Below, piece after piece: positions 51,617 to 62,880 of a stretch of 64,000 bases of DNA. The DNA is from Bdellovibrio sp. (GTDB taxonomy: Bacteria > Bdellovibrionota > Bdellovibrionia > Bdellovibrionales > Bdellovibrionaceae). Location: positions 416,001 to 480,000 of the forward strand of contig JAKFCY010000003.1 of assembly GCA_036676395.1 (NCBI GenBank), given 5' to 3'. The position numbers and the translations under genes are program-made. Position 1 is the first letter of the stretch, and each line of letters opens with the position of its first letter. The notes below the pieces were generated by a model. That model saw only the letters and a list, made by a program, of their open reading frames with translations. It was not told the DNA's origin and did not search any database.

Positions 51617-53405
51617 TCATACTCTTCAAGAAATCGGCGTTAGTTTTTGCTTTTTCGATTTTATCCATTAAGAATTCCATCGCATCGACAACATTCATTG
51701 GCGCTAATACTTTACGTAAAATCCAAAGACGAGATAAATCACCTTTATCAATTAGTAAATCTTCTTTACGCGTTCCTGATTTGTTGATGTCCATACAAGG
51801 GAAAATACGTTTTTCCATTAATTTACGATCAAGTTGGATCTCTGAATTACCGGTACCTTTGAATTCCTCAAAAATAACTTCATCCATGCGTGAACCAGTA
51901 TCGATTAATGCTGTCGCGATAATCGTTAATGAACCACCCTCTTCGATATTGCGGGCAGCACCGAAGAAACGTTTTGGTTTGTGTAAGGCATTTGAATCCA
52001 CACCGCCCGATAAGATTTTTCCAGATGGTGGAACTACTGTATTGTAAGCACGAGCTAAACGAGTGATAGAATCTAATAAAATGACAACGTCATGTTTGTG
52101 TTCAACTAAACGTTTTGCTTTTTCTAAAACCATTTCAGCAATTTGTACGTGACGAGTTGGTGGTTCATCGAATGTTGATGAAACAACTTCGCCTTTTACC
52201 GTACGTTGCATATCAGTTACTTCTTCCGGACGCTCATCGATTAATAAAACGATAAGTTTCACTTCAGGGTGATTTGTGCTGATCGCATTTGCGATATTTT
52301 GTAATAAAACTGTTTTACCAGTTTTAGGCGGGGCAACGATAAGACCACGTTGGCCTTTACCGATTGGAGACATTAAATCCACAATACGAGTCGTCATTTC
52401 AGTTTGTTTATTTTCTAACTTAAGCTGTTTGTTAGGATATAACGGCGTCAAATTGTCGAATAAGATTTTATCTTTAGAAGCTTCTGGAGCTTCGTAATTT
52501 AAAGAATCAACTTTGATTAATGCAAAATATCTTTCGCCTTCTTTAGGTACACGTACTGTTCCTGTAACATGATCGCCTGTTCTTAAACCGAACTTGCGCA
52601 TTTGTGACGGAGAAACATAAATATCATCTGGACCCGGTAAATAATTGTAATCCGGAGAACGTAAGAAACCGTAACCATCCGGTAGAATTTCTAAAACGCC
52701 TGATCCAAAAATATCACCTAATCTGGCGCCACGTTTTAAAATTTCGAAAACCATATCTTGGCGGCGCATGCCGGCTGCATTTTCGATTTTTAATTTAGAA
52801 GCTAAATCAGTTAACGCTTGGATGTTTTTTGATTTTAGATCTTTAGAGTTGAACCAGCTTTTTTCTTCGTCAGTTAAATTGATATCTGTGAAATCAATGT
52901 CTTCAACTGGTTGTTGTGAATGCTGATGTTGCTGTTGTTGCATTTGTTGTTCGTCATCACGAGCACCCTGGCTGCCAGGACCACGGTTGTTGTCGCGGTA
53001 ATTACTGCGCTGTTGATTTTGATTATTATAGCGTCCGCCACCTTGGTTTTGATTGTGACGTCCGCCGCCACCACCTTGATTGCGGTTTTGGTTGTTATCA
53101 AATTTTCTGAATTCTCGGCGAGGTTGTTGGTGCTGGCCACCTTGTTGTTGCTGTTGTTGTTGTTGTGCTGCTGCTGCCGGAGTGCCAGCACTTTCGCCTG
53201 CCGTGGCAGCTGGAACCGCTGGTGCAGAGACTTCTTGCGTAGGTGCTGCGGCTTGCGGAGCTGCCGCTTCAGGGGCTTTTGTCGGAGCAGAATCTACAGC
53301 TGGAGTTGGTTCGCTCGATCCAGCGTCACTTGCTGCATCGGCGCTAGTTTTTCTAAACTTTTTCTTAGTAGTAGTAGGTTCTATGACAACTTCTTTTTTA
53401 GCCAA
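51609..53405 (-). CDS. rho: Transcription termination factor Rho with long disordered N-terminal insert
   Basis: [42 protein letters not shown] with TTG start. Confidence 0.98.
   Translation of the reverse strand: MAKKEVVIEPTTTKKKFRKTSADAASDAGSSEPTPAVDSAPTKAPEAAAPQAAAPTQEVSAPAVPAATAGESAGTPAAAAQQQQQQQQGGQHQQPRREFRKFDNNQNRNQGGGGGRHNQNQGGGRYNNQNQQRSNYRDNNRGPGSQGARDDEQQMQQQQHQHSQQPVEDIDFTDINLTDEEKSWFNSKDLKSKNIQALTDLASKLKIENAAGMRRQDMVFEILKRGARLGDIFGSGVLEILPDGYGFLRSPDYNYLPGPDDIYVSPSQMRKFGLRTGDHVTGTVRVPKEGERYFALIKVDSLNYEAPEASKDKILFDNLTPLYPNKQLKLENKQTEMTTRIVDLMSPIGKGQRGLIVAPPKTGKTVLLQNIANAISTNHPEVKLIVLLIDERPEEVTDMQRTVKGEVVSSTFDEPPTRHVQIAEMVLEKAKRLVEHKHDVVILLDSITRLARAYNTVVPPSGKILSGGVDSNALHKPKRFFGAARNIEEGGSLTIIATALIDTGSRMDEVIFEEFKGTGNSEIQLDRKLMEKRIFPCMDINKSGTRKEDLLIDKGDLSRLWILRKVLAPMNVVDAMEFLMDKIEKAKTNADFLKSMNG
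53142..53165 (-). repeat. (CAA/CAG)8 poly-Gln tract within rho
   Basis: ttgttgttgctgttgttgttgttg on the plus strand. Confidence 0.85.
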
Positions 53406-53574
53406 TTTGGACTCCTGGAATGTGATTTTTGGATATTTGATTAAATGCGTTTAAATTAAATAAGAATTAATGGAAAAAATATGTGAATGTTTTTAAAATA
53501 TCGCTGTGGGGCTAAATAAAGTCAATCAATTTGAAACACTCGCATTTTTTATCGTTTCAAAATGAGAATTACTC

Positions 53575-53602
53575 TAAATATTTCAAGTACTTAACCCGAT
53601 AA
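53575..53602 (+). promoter_or_regulatory. Candidate sigma28 (FliA) promoter
   Basis: TAAAT-N15-CCCGATAA upstream of the PilZ gene. Confidence 0.45.
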
Positions 53603-53677
53603 AATCTTACAAGATATGCGGACCACCCGACCTTGAATTTTGGGGTCGAAACCACGTGTCTAAACAAGGAGTATCAA

Positions 53678-54040
53678 GTGGATACAATGACCCCATCGCC
53701 TAGAACGCCGTTACATTTAGATGTAAGTTTTAGAAGAAGTTATGCCAGGCAGGATTCAGTCGCCGTGCTTAGAAATATTAGTTTGTCTGGAGCTTTTTTA
53801 GAATTAGCAAACCACGATTTACGTGTGGATGAAAAAATTAATTTAACGTTCGTGGTTGCACAACGTGAACGTAAAATCACAGCACAAATTGTTTGGAAAA
53901 ACTCTTTGGGTGCGGGTGTAAAGTTCTTGCCGCAAAATAATCGCGACGTGCAAATCGTTGATGATTTAATTTACTTCGTTGAAACAAAACGCATGGGCCA
54001 TCGCGGAATTTTAGATGGTATTTTAAAAAAAGCTGCGTAG
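53678..54040 (+). CDS. PilZ domain protein
   Basis: SPR, NISLSGA, AQIVW, GVKF; AAGGAG RBS before GTG 53678. Confidence 0.85.
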   Translation: MDTMTPSPRTPLHLDVSFRRSYARQDSVAVLRNISLSGAFLELANHDLRVDEKINLTFVVAQRERKITAQIVWKNSLGAGVKFLPQNNRDVQIVDDLIYFVETKRMGHRGILDGILKKAA

Positions 54041-54066
54041 TTTTAAATTTATAGAATCATAAAAAT

Positions 54067-54099
54067 AAAAAAGGCTTGGGTTTTAAACCAAGCCTTTTT
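54067..54099. terminator. Bidirectional terminator
   Basis: AAAAAGGCTTGG...CCAAGCCTTTTT. Confidence 0.85.
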
Positions 54100-54136
54100 C
54101 TTTTTTTGAGTTTTAATTGTTAGATTAAAGTAAACG

Positions 54137-55672
54137 TTAAGTTCCTAAGCCTTCACCGGCTTGAGCATCATTTGATCTGTAAGCTTGGGCTTTTTTACGT
54201 TTAACCAGAACAAACGCTAAGGCACCGAACAATAAAACCCCAATACCTAACATAGTCATCATATCGTCGCCGCCTTCTGTAGCAACTTCTTCACCTTCCA
54301 TCGCAGGAGCCTTGCTAGGCTTAATTTCTTCTGGTGGCGGAGGCGGAGTTGCAGCAAATTGTGAATCATCTGGCGGTGGCGGCGGTGGCATCGCTGCATC
54401 TAATGCTGGGTCTGTTGGAGGAGCCGTATTAGCTGCGAAAGCATCAGCTGGAGGTGGTGGAAGATCTGCTTGCGCTGGCGGCGGTGGAAGATCATTCATT
54501 GCTGGTTGCGGAGGAGGAGCTATTGCATCTATCGGAGGCGTCGGATTATTTTGTACGATATTTTGAACTGCAGCCTCAGGAGATTGCGGCACTTCAGCAG
54601 AAGCTGTCGTCGTTGGAGGAGTGATTGCAGCAGGTGATTTCCAGTATTTGAATGTTTCACCTTCAGCTAACTTCGTTTTAGATTCGATCGGGTTTGTTGA
54701 CCAAACTTCTTTCCAAGCGTTGTTATAACCTAAAAGTTTTTTAGCAACTTTTCTTAAGTTATCACCTTTTTGCGCCACGTAGGTTTCAGGAATCATTCCA
54801 GTGTCTTCAAAGTATGTGATCGTTTTAGAAGAATCAGTCGGGCGATTCGGAGAAACATAAGCGATTTTATCACCAGCACGGGGAGAACGAGCTTTTAAAA
54901 ATGAGTTAATTTTTTTAAGCTCTTTTGTTTTATCTGAACCGTAAATCGTTTGGCTGATTTGTTTTAACGTTTCTTTTGGATGAGCAATGTAAATTGTATT
55001 TACGTAACCATCACCGAAAGCGTAAGGAACGGCATCAGCAACTTTTTTTAATGAAGTTGTTCCGGCACCAGTTGGTTTAGCATCCGCTAAAACCGGAGTA
55101 GGTTCTGCAGGAGCTTCAATTGAAGCAGCCGGAGGAGCCATTGCCGTGGCAGGTGGATCTTGCGGTGTCTCAGTAGGAGTCTCGGTAGGCGTTTCATTCA
55201 TCGCAGTTGATAAGCTATCATCTGTAGGGGCTAAAGCATTCGGATCATCAAGACTCATATCTTGAGGAGGCAAATCGCTGGCTGCTAAAGAATCTGCTGG
55301 AACTTCAGCCGGCACATCAGAAGGCGGAGCATCTAAAGAGCTTTCATCTAATGTTGGGGCAGCTGCGATATCTGCAGGTGGAGGATCTTGCGGTACTGAA
55401 TCCAGAGATAAATTATCACTCGATGCCATTGCATCAGTAGATGTTTCACCTAAGGCTGCTTCTAACGAACTATCGGTTGATAAGTTTTCTGATGGAGCTG
55501 TGCCGTCTAAAGCTTGTGAACTACCATCATCTAATGAAGGTTCTTCGGCTTCGATTTTGTCGACATCTGCGTTTTCAACAAACTCAGCATCATCTTGAGC
55601 TTTGTTCGCTGTACATGCAGAGAATTGTCCCATTAGGCCAAGTGTGGCTAAAACTAGTAACAGTTTTTTCAT
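54137..55672 (-). CDS. LysM-like domain lipoprotein with Pro/Asp-rich linkers and C-terminal TM
   Basis: FSAC lipobox; YIAHPKETLKQIS and YVAQKGDNLRKVA; poly-Pro; C-terminal hydrophobic helix followed by KRKK. Confidence 0.8.
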   Translation of the reverse strand: MKKLLLVLATLGLMGQFSACTANKAQDDAEFVENADVDKIEAEEPSLDDGSSQALDGTAPSENLSTDSSLEAALGETSTDAMASSDNLSLDSVPQDPPPADIAAAPTLDESSLDAPPSDVPAEVPADSLAASDLPPQDMSLDDPNALAPTDDSLSTAMNETPTETPTETPQDPPATAMAPPAASIEAPAEPTPVLADAKPTGAGTTSLKKVADAVPYAFGDGYVNTIYIAHPKETLKQISQTIYGSDKTKELKKINSFLKARSPRAGDKIAYVSPNRPTDSSKTITYFEDTGMIPETYVAQKGDNLRKVAKKLLGYNNAWKEVWSTNPIESKTKLAEGETFKYWKSPAAITPPTTTASAEVPQSPEAAVQNIVQNNPTPPIDAIAPPPQPAMNDLPPPPAQADLPPPPADAFAANTAPPTDPALDAAMPPPPPPDDSQFAATPPPPPEEIKPSKAPAMEGEEVATEGGDDMMTMLGIGVLLFGALAFVLVKRKKAQAYRSNDAQAGEGLGT

Positions 55673-55856
55673 AATTTATCCTCATCCTTGAAAATAATTG
55701 TGACGGTAAAGTCTTTACTTTCTTACCATATCATTACAACACACAGAATGTGTCGCAGCAAAGTAGATGTATTGATCAGACTTAAAGCTGGACTTGACGA
55801 AAGTTCTTGTTGAAAAACGAAATCACGACCAGTGCAAGACTTAGGTCTCGAAATGG

Positions 55857-56321
55857 TTACTGAGTTCGAGGTAATCTTAACAAGTCCCCGATTTTAATAC
55901 GATTTTTTGTAAACCAACCCTGATTCATCTCTAACGCGTACATTGCGGGTTTTGAACTTGGGTAAGATGGATAACTGGTTTGTAGCGAAGAAGTTGCTTT
56001 CATATCTATAATGTCGATAATTTTTTTATCTTTACCGATGTAAGCAATACTTAAATCAAGATAGGTATTCTTCATCCAAAAACTCAAAGGTTGCTCGTTT
56101 TCAAAAATAAACAACATACCACTATCAGCAGGCATTTTTTCGCGAAACATTAAGCCGTGTGCTTGCTGCTCGCGAGTTTTCGCTATTTCAACAGTGATTT
56201 TCTTCGCACCGATTTGTATTTGTTGTTTCGCGAATTTATATTTTGGCGTAGTTGCAAATGCTTGAAACGAAAAAATTAAACTAAGTATTAAAACGTTTCG
56301 CCAATTCAAGTGCGACACCAT
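55857..56321 (-). CDS. DUF192 family protein
   Basis: GLMFRE, GMLFIF, FWMKNT, YALEMNQG. Confidence 0.92.
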   Translation of the reverse strand: MVSHLNWRNVLILSLIFSFQAFATTPKYKFAKQQIQIGAKKITVEIAKTREQQAHGLMFREKMPADSGMLFIFENEQPLSFWMKNTYLDLSIAYIGKDKKIIDIIDMKATSSLQTSYPSYPSSKPAMYALEMNQGWFTKNRIKIGDLLRLPRTQ

Positions 56322-57192
56322 AACGAACCCCTCGCGTTGAGACAGTTAACTTAGATAGGTTAAAAGCTTTTAGGGTTTCAAGTAAAGTGATAACACCAAC
56401 AATGATCACATCAGCACGACCTTCGGGATAGCCGATTTGAATTTTTTCAGCCACTGACATGTTGGTTAACTTATCTAGCCAGGTCTGAAGGCCTTGCTCG
56501 GTCAGCTCGTAACCATCAATTTTTGCGGCATCGAAATAACCGATTTCAACTTGCGCAATTGTTGTCGGAGTTCCGGCAACGGCTAGAATTTCTTGTGGCG
56601 AGTGCGGGGCTAATTTAATAATTTGTTGCAACTGCTGGCGAATAAATTCTTGCAGCGCTGTAATTTCGTGTTGGGGTGTTGGTTGCGCAGAAATAAATTT
56701 TTCTGTTAAACGTACACAGCCGATGTCTAAACTTTTTCCGGCAAGAATTTTTTGATCTTCGCCGAAAATAAATTCAGTTGATCCCCCACCGATGTCTAAT
56801 ACCAAACGGGTGTTCGCTGAACGCATTCCAGAAACAGCACCACGATAAGTGATTTCTGCTTCTTTATCGCCGGGAATAATTTCTAGCGGGATATTTAAAT
56901 CTTTGCAGATTTTAAAAAGTTCTTCTTGGTTTTCGGCATCACGTGCTGCTGAAGTTGCCATGGCTAGAATAGCTTGTGGTTTTTCGCGGTCTAAAGTTTT
57001 TCTGAAATTTGTAAGAGTGTTTTTTGCTCTCACAAGAGCATCGGGGTGAAATTTTTTGCTGGCTGATAAACCCTGGCCAAGCCTAACCATCTCGACTTCG
57101 TCAGAATAAATTTTCGTGACCTTCTGATTTTCAATTTCAGAAACAAGACACAAAAATGTATTTGAACCTAAATCAAGGCTGGCTAATTTCAT
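56281..57192 (-). CDS. ppx: Ppx/GppA family exopolyphosphatase
   Basis: DLGSNT, ATSAARDA, DIGGGSTE, GRADVI. Confidence 0.9.
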   Translation of the reverse strand: MKLASLDLGSNTFLCLVSEIENQKVTKIYSDEVEMVRLGQGLSASKKFHPDALVRAKNTLTNFRKTLDREKPQAILAMATSAARDAENQEELFKICKDLNIPLEIIPGDKEAEITYRGAVSGMRSANTRLVLDIGGGSTEFIFGEDQKILAGKSLDIGCVRLTEKFISAQPTPQHEITALQEFIRQQLQQIIKLAPHSPQEILAVAGTPTTIAQVEIGYFDAAKIDGYELTEQGLQTWLDKLTNMSVAEKIQIGYPEGRADVIIVGVITLLETLKAFNLSKLTVSTRGVRYGVALELAKRFNT

Positions 57193-58649
57193 TATTCACT
57201 CAACTTCTTCATTAAAATTTCATTCACAATGGCAGGATTGGCTTTGCCTTTTGAGGCTTTCATAATTGCGCCAACAAAAAATCCGATCACTTTATCTTTA
57301 CCAGCTTTAAACTCGGCAACCTGGCCAGGATTTGCAGCAACGACGTCAGCTACAATTTTTTCAATCTCGCCAACATCTGAAACTTGCACTAAGCCTTTTG
57401 CTTTGATGATATCGCCAGCGGTTCCGCCGGTGTCCCACATTTCTTTAAAAACGACTTTTGCAATTTTTCCAGAAATAGTGCCTTGATCAATTTGTTTAAT
57501 CAGATCAGCAAAGTTTTGCGCAGAAATTTTTGAATTTTGTGCAGTTAGTTTATTCTCATTCAGTTCGCGTAATAATTCTGAGATAATCCAGTTTGCTGCC
57601 GCTTTATAATTGCCGCAGGCTTTACCACACGCTTCAAAATAATCTGATAATTCACGCTCTTCAGTCAGTAGGTGGGCATCACTTGTAGACAGGTGCAGAT
57701 CTTTCACAAAACGAGCCGCACGTTGTAACGGAAGTTCAGGCAATGATTTTTTAACTAATGCCAATTGTTCATCAGTAACGATAACCGGTAAAATATCTGG
57801 ATCAGGAAAATATCTGTAATCTTGCGCATCTTCTTTTACACGCATTGTGAACGTGCGGTTTTTATCTGGATCATACAATCTAGTTTCTTGCACAATTTTT
57901 TCTGAATTTTCGATCGCATCTATTTGGCGGTGAATCTCGTATTCAACAGCTTTTTCCACAAAACGAAACGAGTTAATATTTTTTAATTCAACTTTAGTTC
58001 CGAATTTTGTTTCGCCCACTTTGCGAACTGAAACGTTGCAATCACAACGAAGTGAACCTTCTTCTAAATTGCCATCACACACATCTAAGTAACGAACTAC
58101 CGAACGAATAGTACGACAGTATTCAGCCGCCTCTTGTGGCGAATGCATTTCTGGCTCAGAAACAATTTCAAGTAAGGGAATACCTGCGCGATTATAATTA
58201 AGTAAAGTGTATTGGCCAAAGTGAGTTGATTTACCCGCGTCTTCTTCTAAGTGCGCGCGCGTAATGCCTACAGTTTTAGTTTTGCCTTCAACTTCAAATT
58301 GGATCGAACCATGTTCGCAAATCGGTTCATCGTACTGAGAAATTTGGTAACCTTTAGGCAGATCGGGATAAAAATAATTTTTACGCGAGAAAACTGATTT
58401 CTTACGAATATTGCAACCTAAAGCTAAGCCAGTGCGAATAGCGTACTCGACCGCTTTTTTATTTAACACCGGTAGGGTGCCAGGCATGCCGACGCTGACT
58501 GGGGATGTGTTTTCATTGTCTGCAGAATCAAAATTAGTCGCATCAGAAGAAAATATTTTTGATTCGGTTTTAAGTTGCACATGCACTTCAATACCGATGA
58601 TGGCCTCAAAACCGCGATAGGAAACTATAGTAGTATTATTAATAGACAC
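57192..58649 (-). CDS. gatB: Asp/Glu-tRNA amidotransferase subunit B
   Basis: IGIEVHVQL, RKNYFYPDLPKGYQISQ, LEEDAGK, YRYFPDPD. Confidence 0.98.
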   Translation of the reverse strand: MSINNTTIVSYRGFEAIIGIEVHVQLKTESKIFSSDATNFDSADNENTSPVSVGMPGTLPVLNKKAVEYAIRTGLALGCNIRKKSVFSRKNYFYPDLPKGYQISQYDEPICEHGSIQFEVEGKTKTVGITRAHLEEDAGKSTHFGQYTLLNYNRAGIPLLEIVSEPEMHSPQEAAEYCRTIRSVVRYLDVCDGNLEEGSLRCDCNVSVRKVGETKFGTKVELKNINSFRFVEKAVEYEIHRQIDAIENSEKIVQETRLYDPDKNRTFTMRVKEDAQDYRYFPDPDILPVIVTDEQLALVKKSLPELPLQRAARFVKDLHLSTSDAHLLTEERELSDYFEACGKACGNYKAAANWIISELLRELNENKLTAQNSKISAQNFADLIKQIDQGTISGKIAKVVFKEMWDTGGTAGDIIKAKGLVQVSDVGEIEKIVADVVAANPGQVAEFKAGKDKVIGFFVGAIMKASKGKANPAIVNEILMKKLSE

Positions 58650-60114
58650 TTGGAGTTTTTCCTTTCACGGGAGAGTTTTGTTCTAAAGCGTAAGCTACGT
58701 TTAGAATTTTTTGCTCTTGAAAATGATGTCCAGTTAATTGAATACCAATAGGTAAACCATCGCTGGTTAAGCCAAACGGTACACTCATGCCAGGAAGACC
58801 GGCTAAGTTTGTTGAAGTTGTAAAGATGTCGTTTAAGTACATTTTTAACGGATCATAAACGCGGGTTCCGATTTTAAATGTCGGAGTAGTTGAAACTGGA
58901 GAAATAATCGCATCACATTTAGCGAAGGCTTCGTCATACTGGTTACGTAAAAGTCTGCGCACCTGGCAGGCCTTGTTGTAATAAGCATCAAAGTATCCAG
59001 ATGATAAACAAAATGTTCCTAAGATAATTCGGCGTTTAACTTCTTTACCAAAACCTTCAGCGCGCGTTTGTGCGTAGAATTCATCAAGCGGTAAGCCAGA
59101 TAAGTCTTTAAAATCTGAACGATAACCGTATTTCACACCATCATAGCGTGCTAAATTTGACGACGCTTCGGAAGCAGAAATTAAATAATACATTGATACC
59201 GCATATTTAGTTAACGGGATTGAGACTTCGACAAATTCTGCACCTAAAGATTTTAAAGTCTCTAGTGCTTGTTCGTAAGTTTTACGAATGTCAGGGTGAA
59301 CTAATTCGGAATTGTGATATTCTTTCACGATTCCGATTTTTTTACCCTTCAGGTCTGCTGACAAGTTTTTACTGAAAGCTTCAACAGGTTTTGCCGATGT
59401 TGTTCCGTCTAATTCGTCTTGGCCAGCGATCACTTCTAGAGTCAGTGCTGCATCTTGCACAGATGATACCATTGGGCCCGCTTGATCAAGCGAAGATGCA
59501 AAGGCCACGATACCGTAACGACTAACACGTCCATAAGTTGGTTTGATTCCTACAACACCACAAAAACTTGAAGGTTGGCGAATTGATCCACCAGTGTCTG
59601 TGCCGATTGTTCCCATCACTAAACGTGATGCTTGCGCGCTGGCAGAACCACCGCTGCTTCCGCCTGGAACATATTCTGGATTCCACGGGTTTCGACAAAC
59701 ACCATGAAAAGAACTTTCATTGCTTGAACCCATCGCAAATTCATCTAGATTTAATTTTCCGACGATTGTTGCACCTGCGTTTTTTAAACGCGCAACCACT
59801 GTGGAATCATACGGCGGAACAAAACCAGTTAACATTTTGGATGCAGCTGTGGTTTCGATACCTTTGGTGCATAATAAATCTTTAATTCCAAATGGCACGC
59901 CGGCTAATACGCCAACATTTTCACCTTTGGCAATTTTTTGATCGATGTTTTCAGCTTGTTTTACACAGTCTGGATTTAATTTAATAAAAGCATTAAGCGA
60001 CGGATTTAGTTTTTCAGCGCGGTTTAAAAAATATTTTGTCACTTCAGCTGCTGAAATTTTTTTCTCAGCAATCGCTTTACGTGTTTCTGACATTGAGGCT
60101 GTTAGTAAATCCAT
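58639..60114 (-). CDS. gatA: Asp/Glu-tRNA amidotransferase subunit A
   Basis: PGGSSGGSA, GTDTGGSIRQP, SSNLARYDG. Confidence 0.98.
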   Translation of the reverse strand: MDLLTASMSETRKAIAEKKISAAEVTKYFLNRAEKLNPSLNAFIKLNPDCVKQAENIDQKIAKGENVGVLAGVPFGIKDLLCTKGIETTAASKMLTGFVPPYDSTVVARLKNAGATIVGKLNLDEFAMGSSNESSFHGVCRNPWNPEYVPGGSSGGSASAQASRLVMGTIGTDTGGSIRQPSSFCGVVGIKPTYGRVSRYGIVAFASSLDQAGPMVSSVQDAALTLEVIAGQDELDGTTSAKPVEAFSKNLSADLKGKKIGIVKEYHNSELVHPDIRKTYEQALETLKSLGAEFVEVSIPLTKYAVSMYYLISASEASSNLARYDGVKYGYRSDFKDLSGLPLDEFYAQTRAEGFGKEVKRRIILGTFCLSSGYFDAYYNKACQVRRLLRNQYDEAFAKCDAIISPVSTTPTFKIGTRVYDPLKMYLNDIFTTSTNLAGLPGMSVPFGLTSDGLPIGIQLTGHHFQEQKILNVAYALEQNSPVKGKTPSVY

Positions 60115-60116
60115 GA

Positions 60117-60422
60117 TTAGACCACCGGCGGAACTTTAAAAAGGTTACCCTGTTTTTCAGGAGCGTTGGCCACCATGTCTTCTGCTTTGAAATTTTGTTT
60201 AGCAACATCTTCACGTGTTGAATATTCAATTTCAGATGGAGTGATCAAAGGTTCGATCCCTTGAGTATCGATATTTGAAATTTCATCAAAGTGGATAATA
60301 ATTTTTGAAAGTTGTTCGCTGAATTCATTCGCCTCTTCTGGTGAAAGTCGAAGCCGGGCTAAATTAGCTATTTTTTGAATCACATCTTTATTAAATTTGT
60401 CTGAAGGCTGATTGTTTGACAT
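60117..60422 (-). CDS. gatC: Asp/Glu-tRNA amidotransferase subunit C
   Basis: IANLARL, REDV, NAP...FKVPPVV; AAGGA before ATG 60422. Confidence 0.93.
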   Translation of the reverse strand: MSNNQPSDKFNKDVIQKIANLARLRLSPEEANEFSEQLSKIIIHFDEISNIDTQGIEPLITPSEIEYSTREDVAKQNFKAEDMVANAPEKQGNLFKVPPVV

Positions 60423-60477
60423 GGCCATCCTTTGTCGAAAACAATATAGCGAAAACAGCCTTGTTATGGTAGCGTAA

Positions 60478-62491
<2,014 letters not shown>

Positions 62492-62493
<2 letters not shown>

Positions 62494-62520
62494 AAAAGCC
62501 GAAGTAAACTTCGGCATTTT
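62492..62520. terminator. Bidirectional terminator
   Basis: GCCGAAGT-AA-ACTTCGGC between ligA and the histone gene. Confidence 0.8.
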
Positions 62521-62546
62521 TATATTCTTAAAATTTAAGAATTAAA

Positions 62547-62744
62547 CTAGATATGGTCGATAACAATATCACGAGCCATAACTGTTTTGCGGCCATCAGC
62601 TTTTGCTGATTCAATGCCTTTTGCACAAAGACGTTCAACGGCTTTAGTTAACATGTCGATAGTTTCGGCAGAGGTATTCATTTGGCCTTTTTCTTTGATG
62701 TATTTTTTTACTTTGCTTGTAACCACTAAGATATCGTCAGACAT
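62547..62744 (-). CDS. Bacterial histone (Bd0055/HBb ortholog)
   Basis: LVVTSKVKKYIKEKGQMNTSAETID...AKADGRKTVMARDI; GGAGG RBS. Confidence 0.93.
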   Translation of the reverse strand: MSDDILVVTSKVKKYIKEKGQMNTSAETIDMLTKAVERLCAKGIESAKADGRKTVMARDIVIDHI

Positions 62745-62880
62745 GATTGCCTCCAATTAAATGAAATTTAACTTACCTTAAAATGCTTACATACGATCTG
62801 GCGACTGACAAATAGTTTAAAACGCATTAGAGGATTCTTGTGCACTGCGCTATAAAAATAGGCAACAGCTAGGCACTCAG

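Noticed and set aside
52874..53454. Poly-Cys/poly-Leu/poly-Asn ORFs overlapping rho
   Set aside because: Alternative-frame shadows of the CAA-rich low-complexity insert
54312..54566. Gly-rich antisense ORF
   Set aside because: Mirror of the poly-Pro codons of the LysM protein
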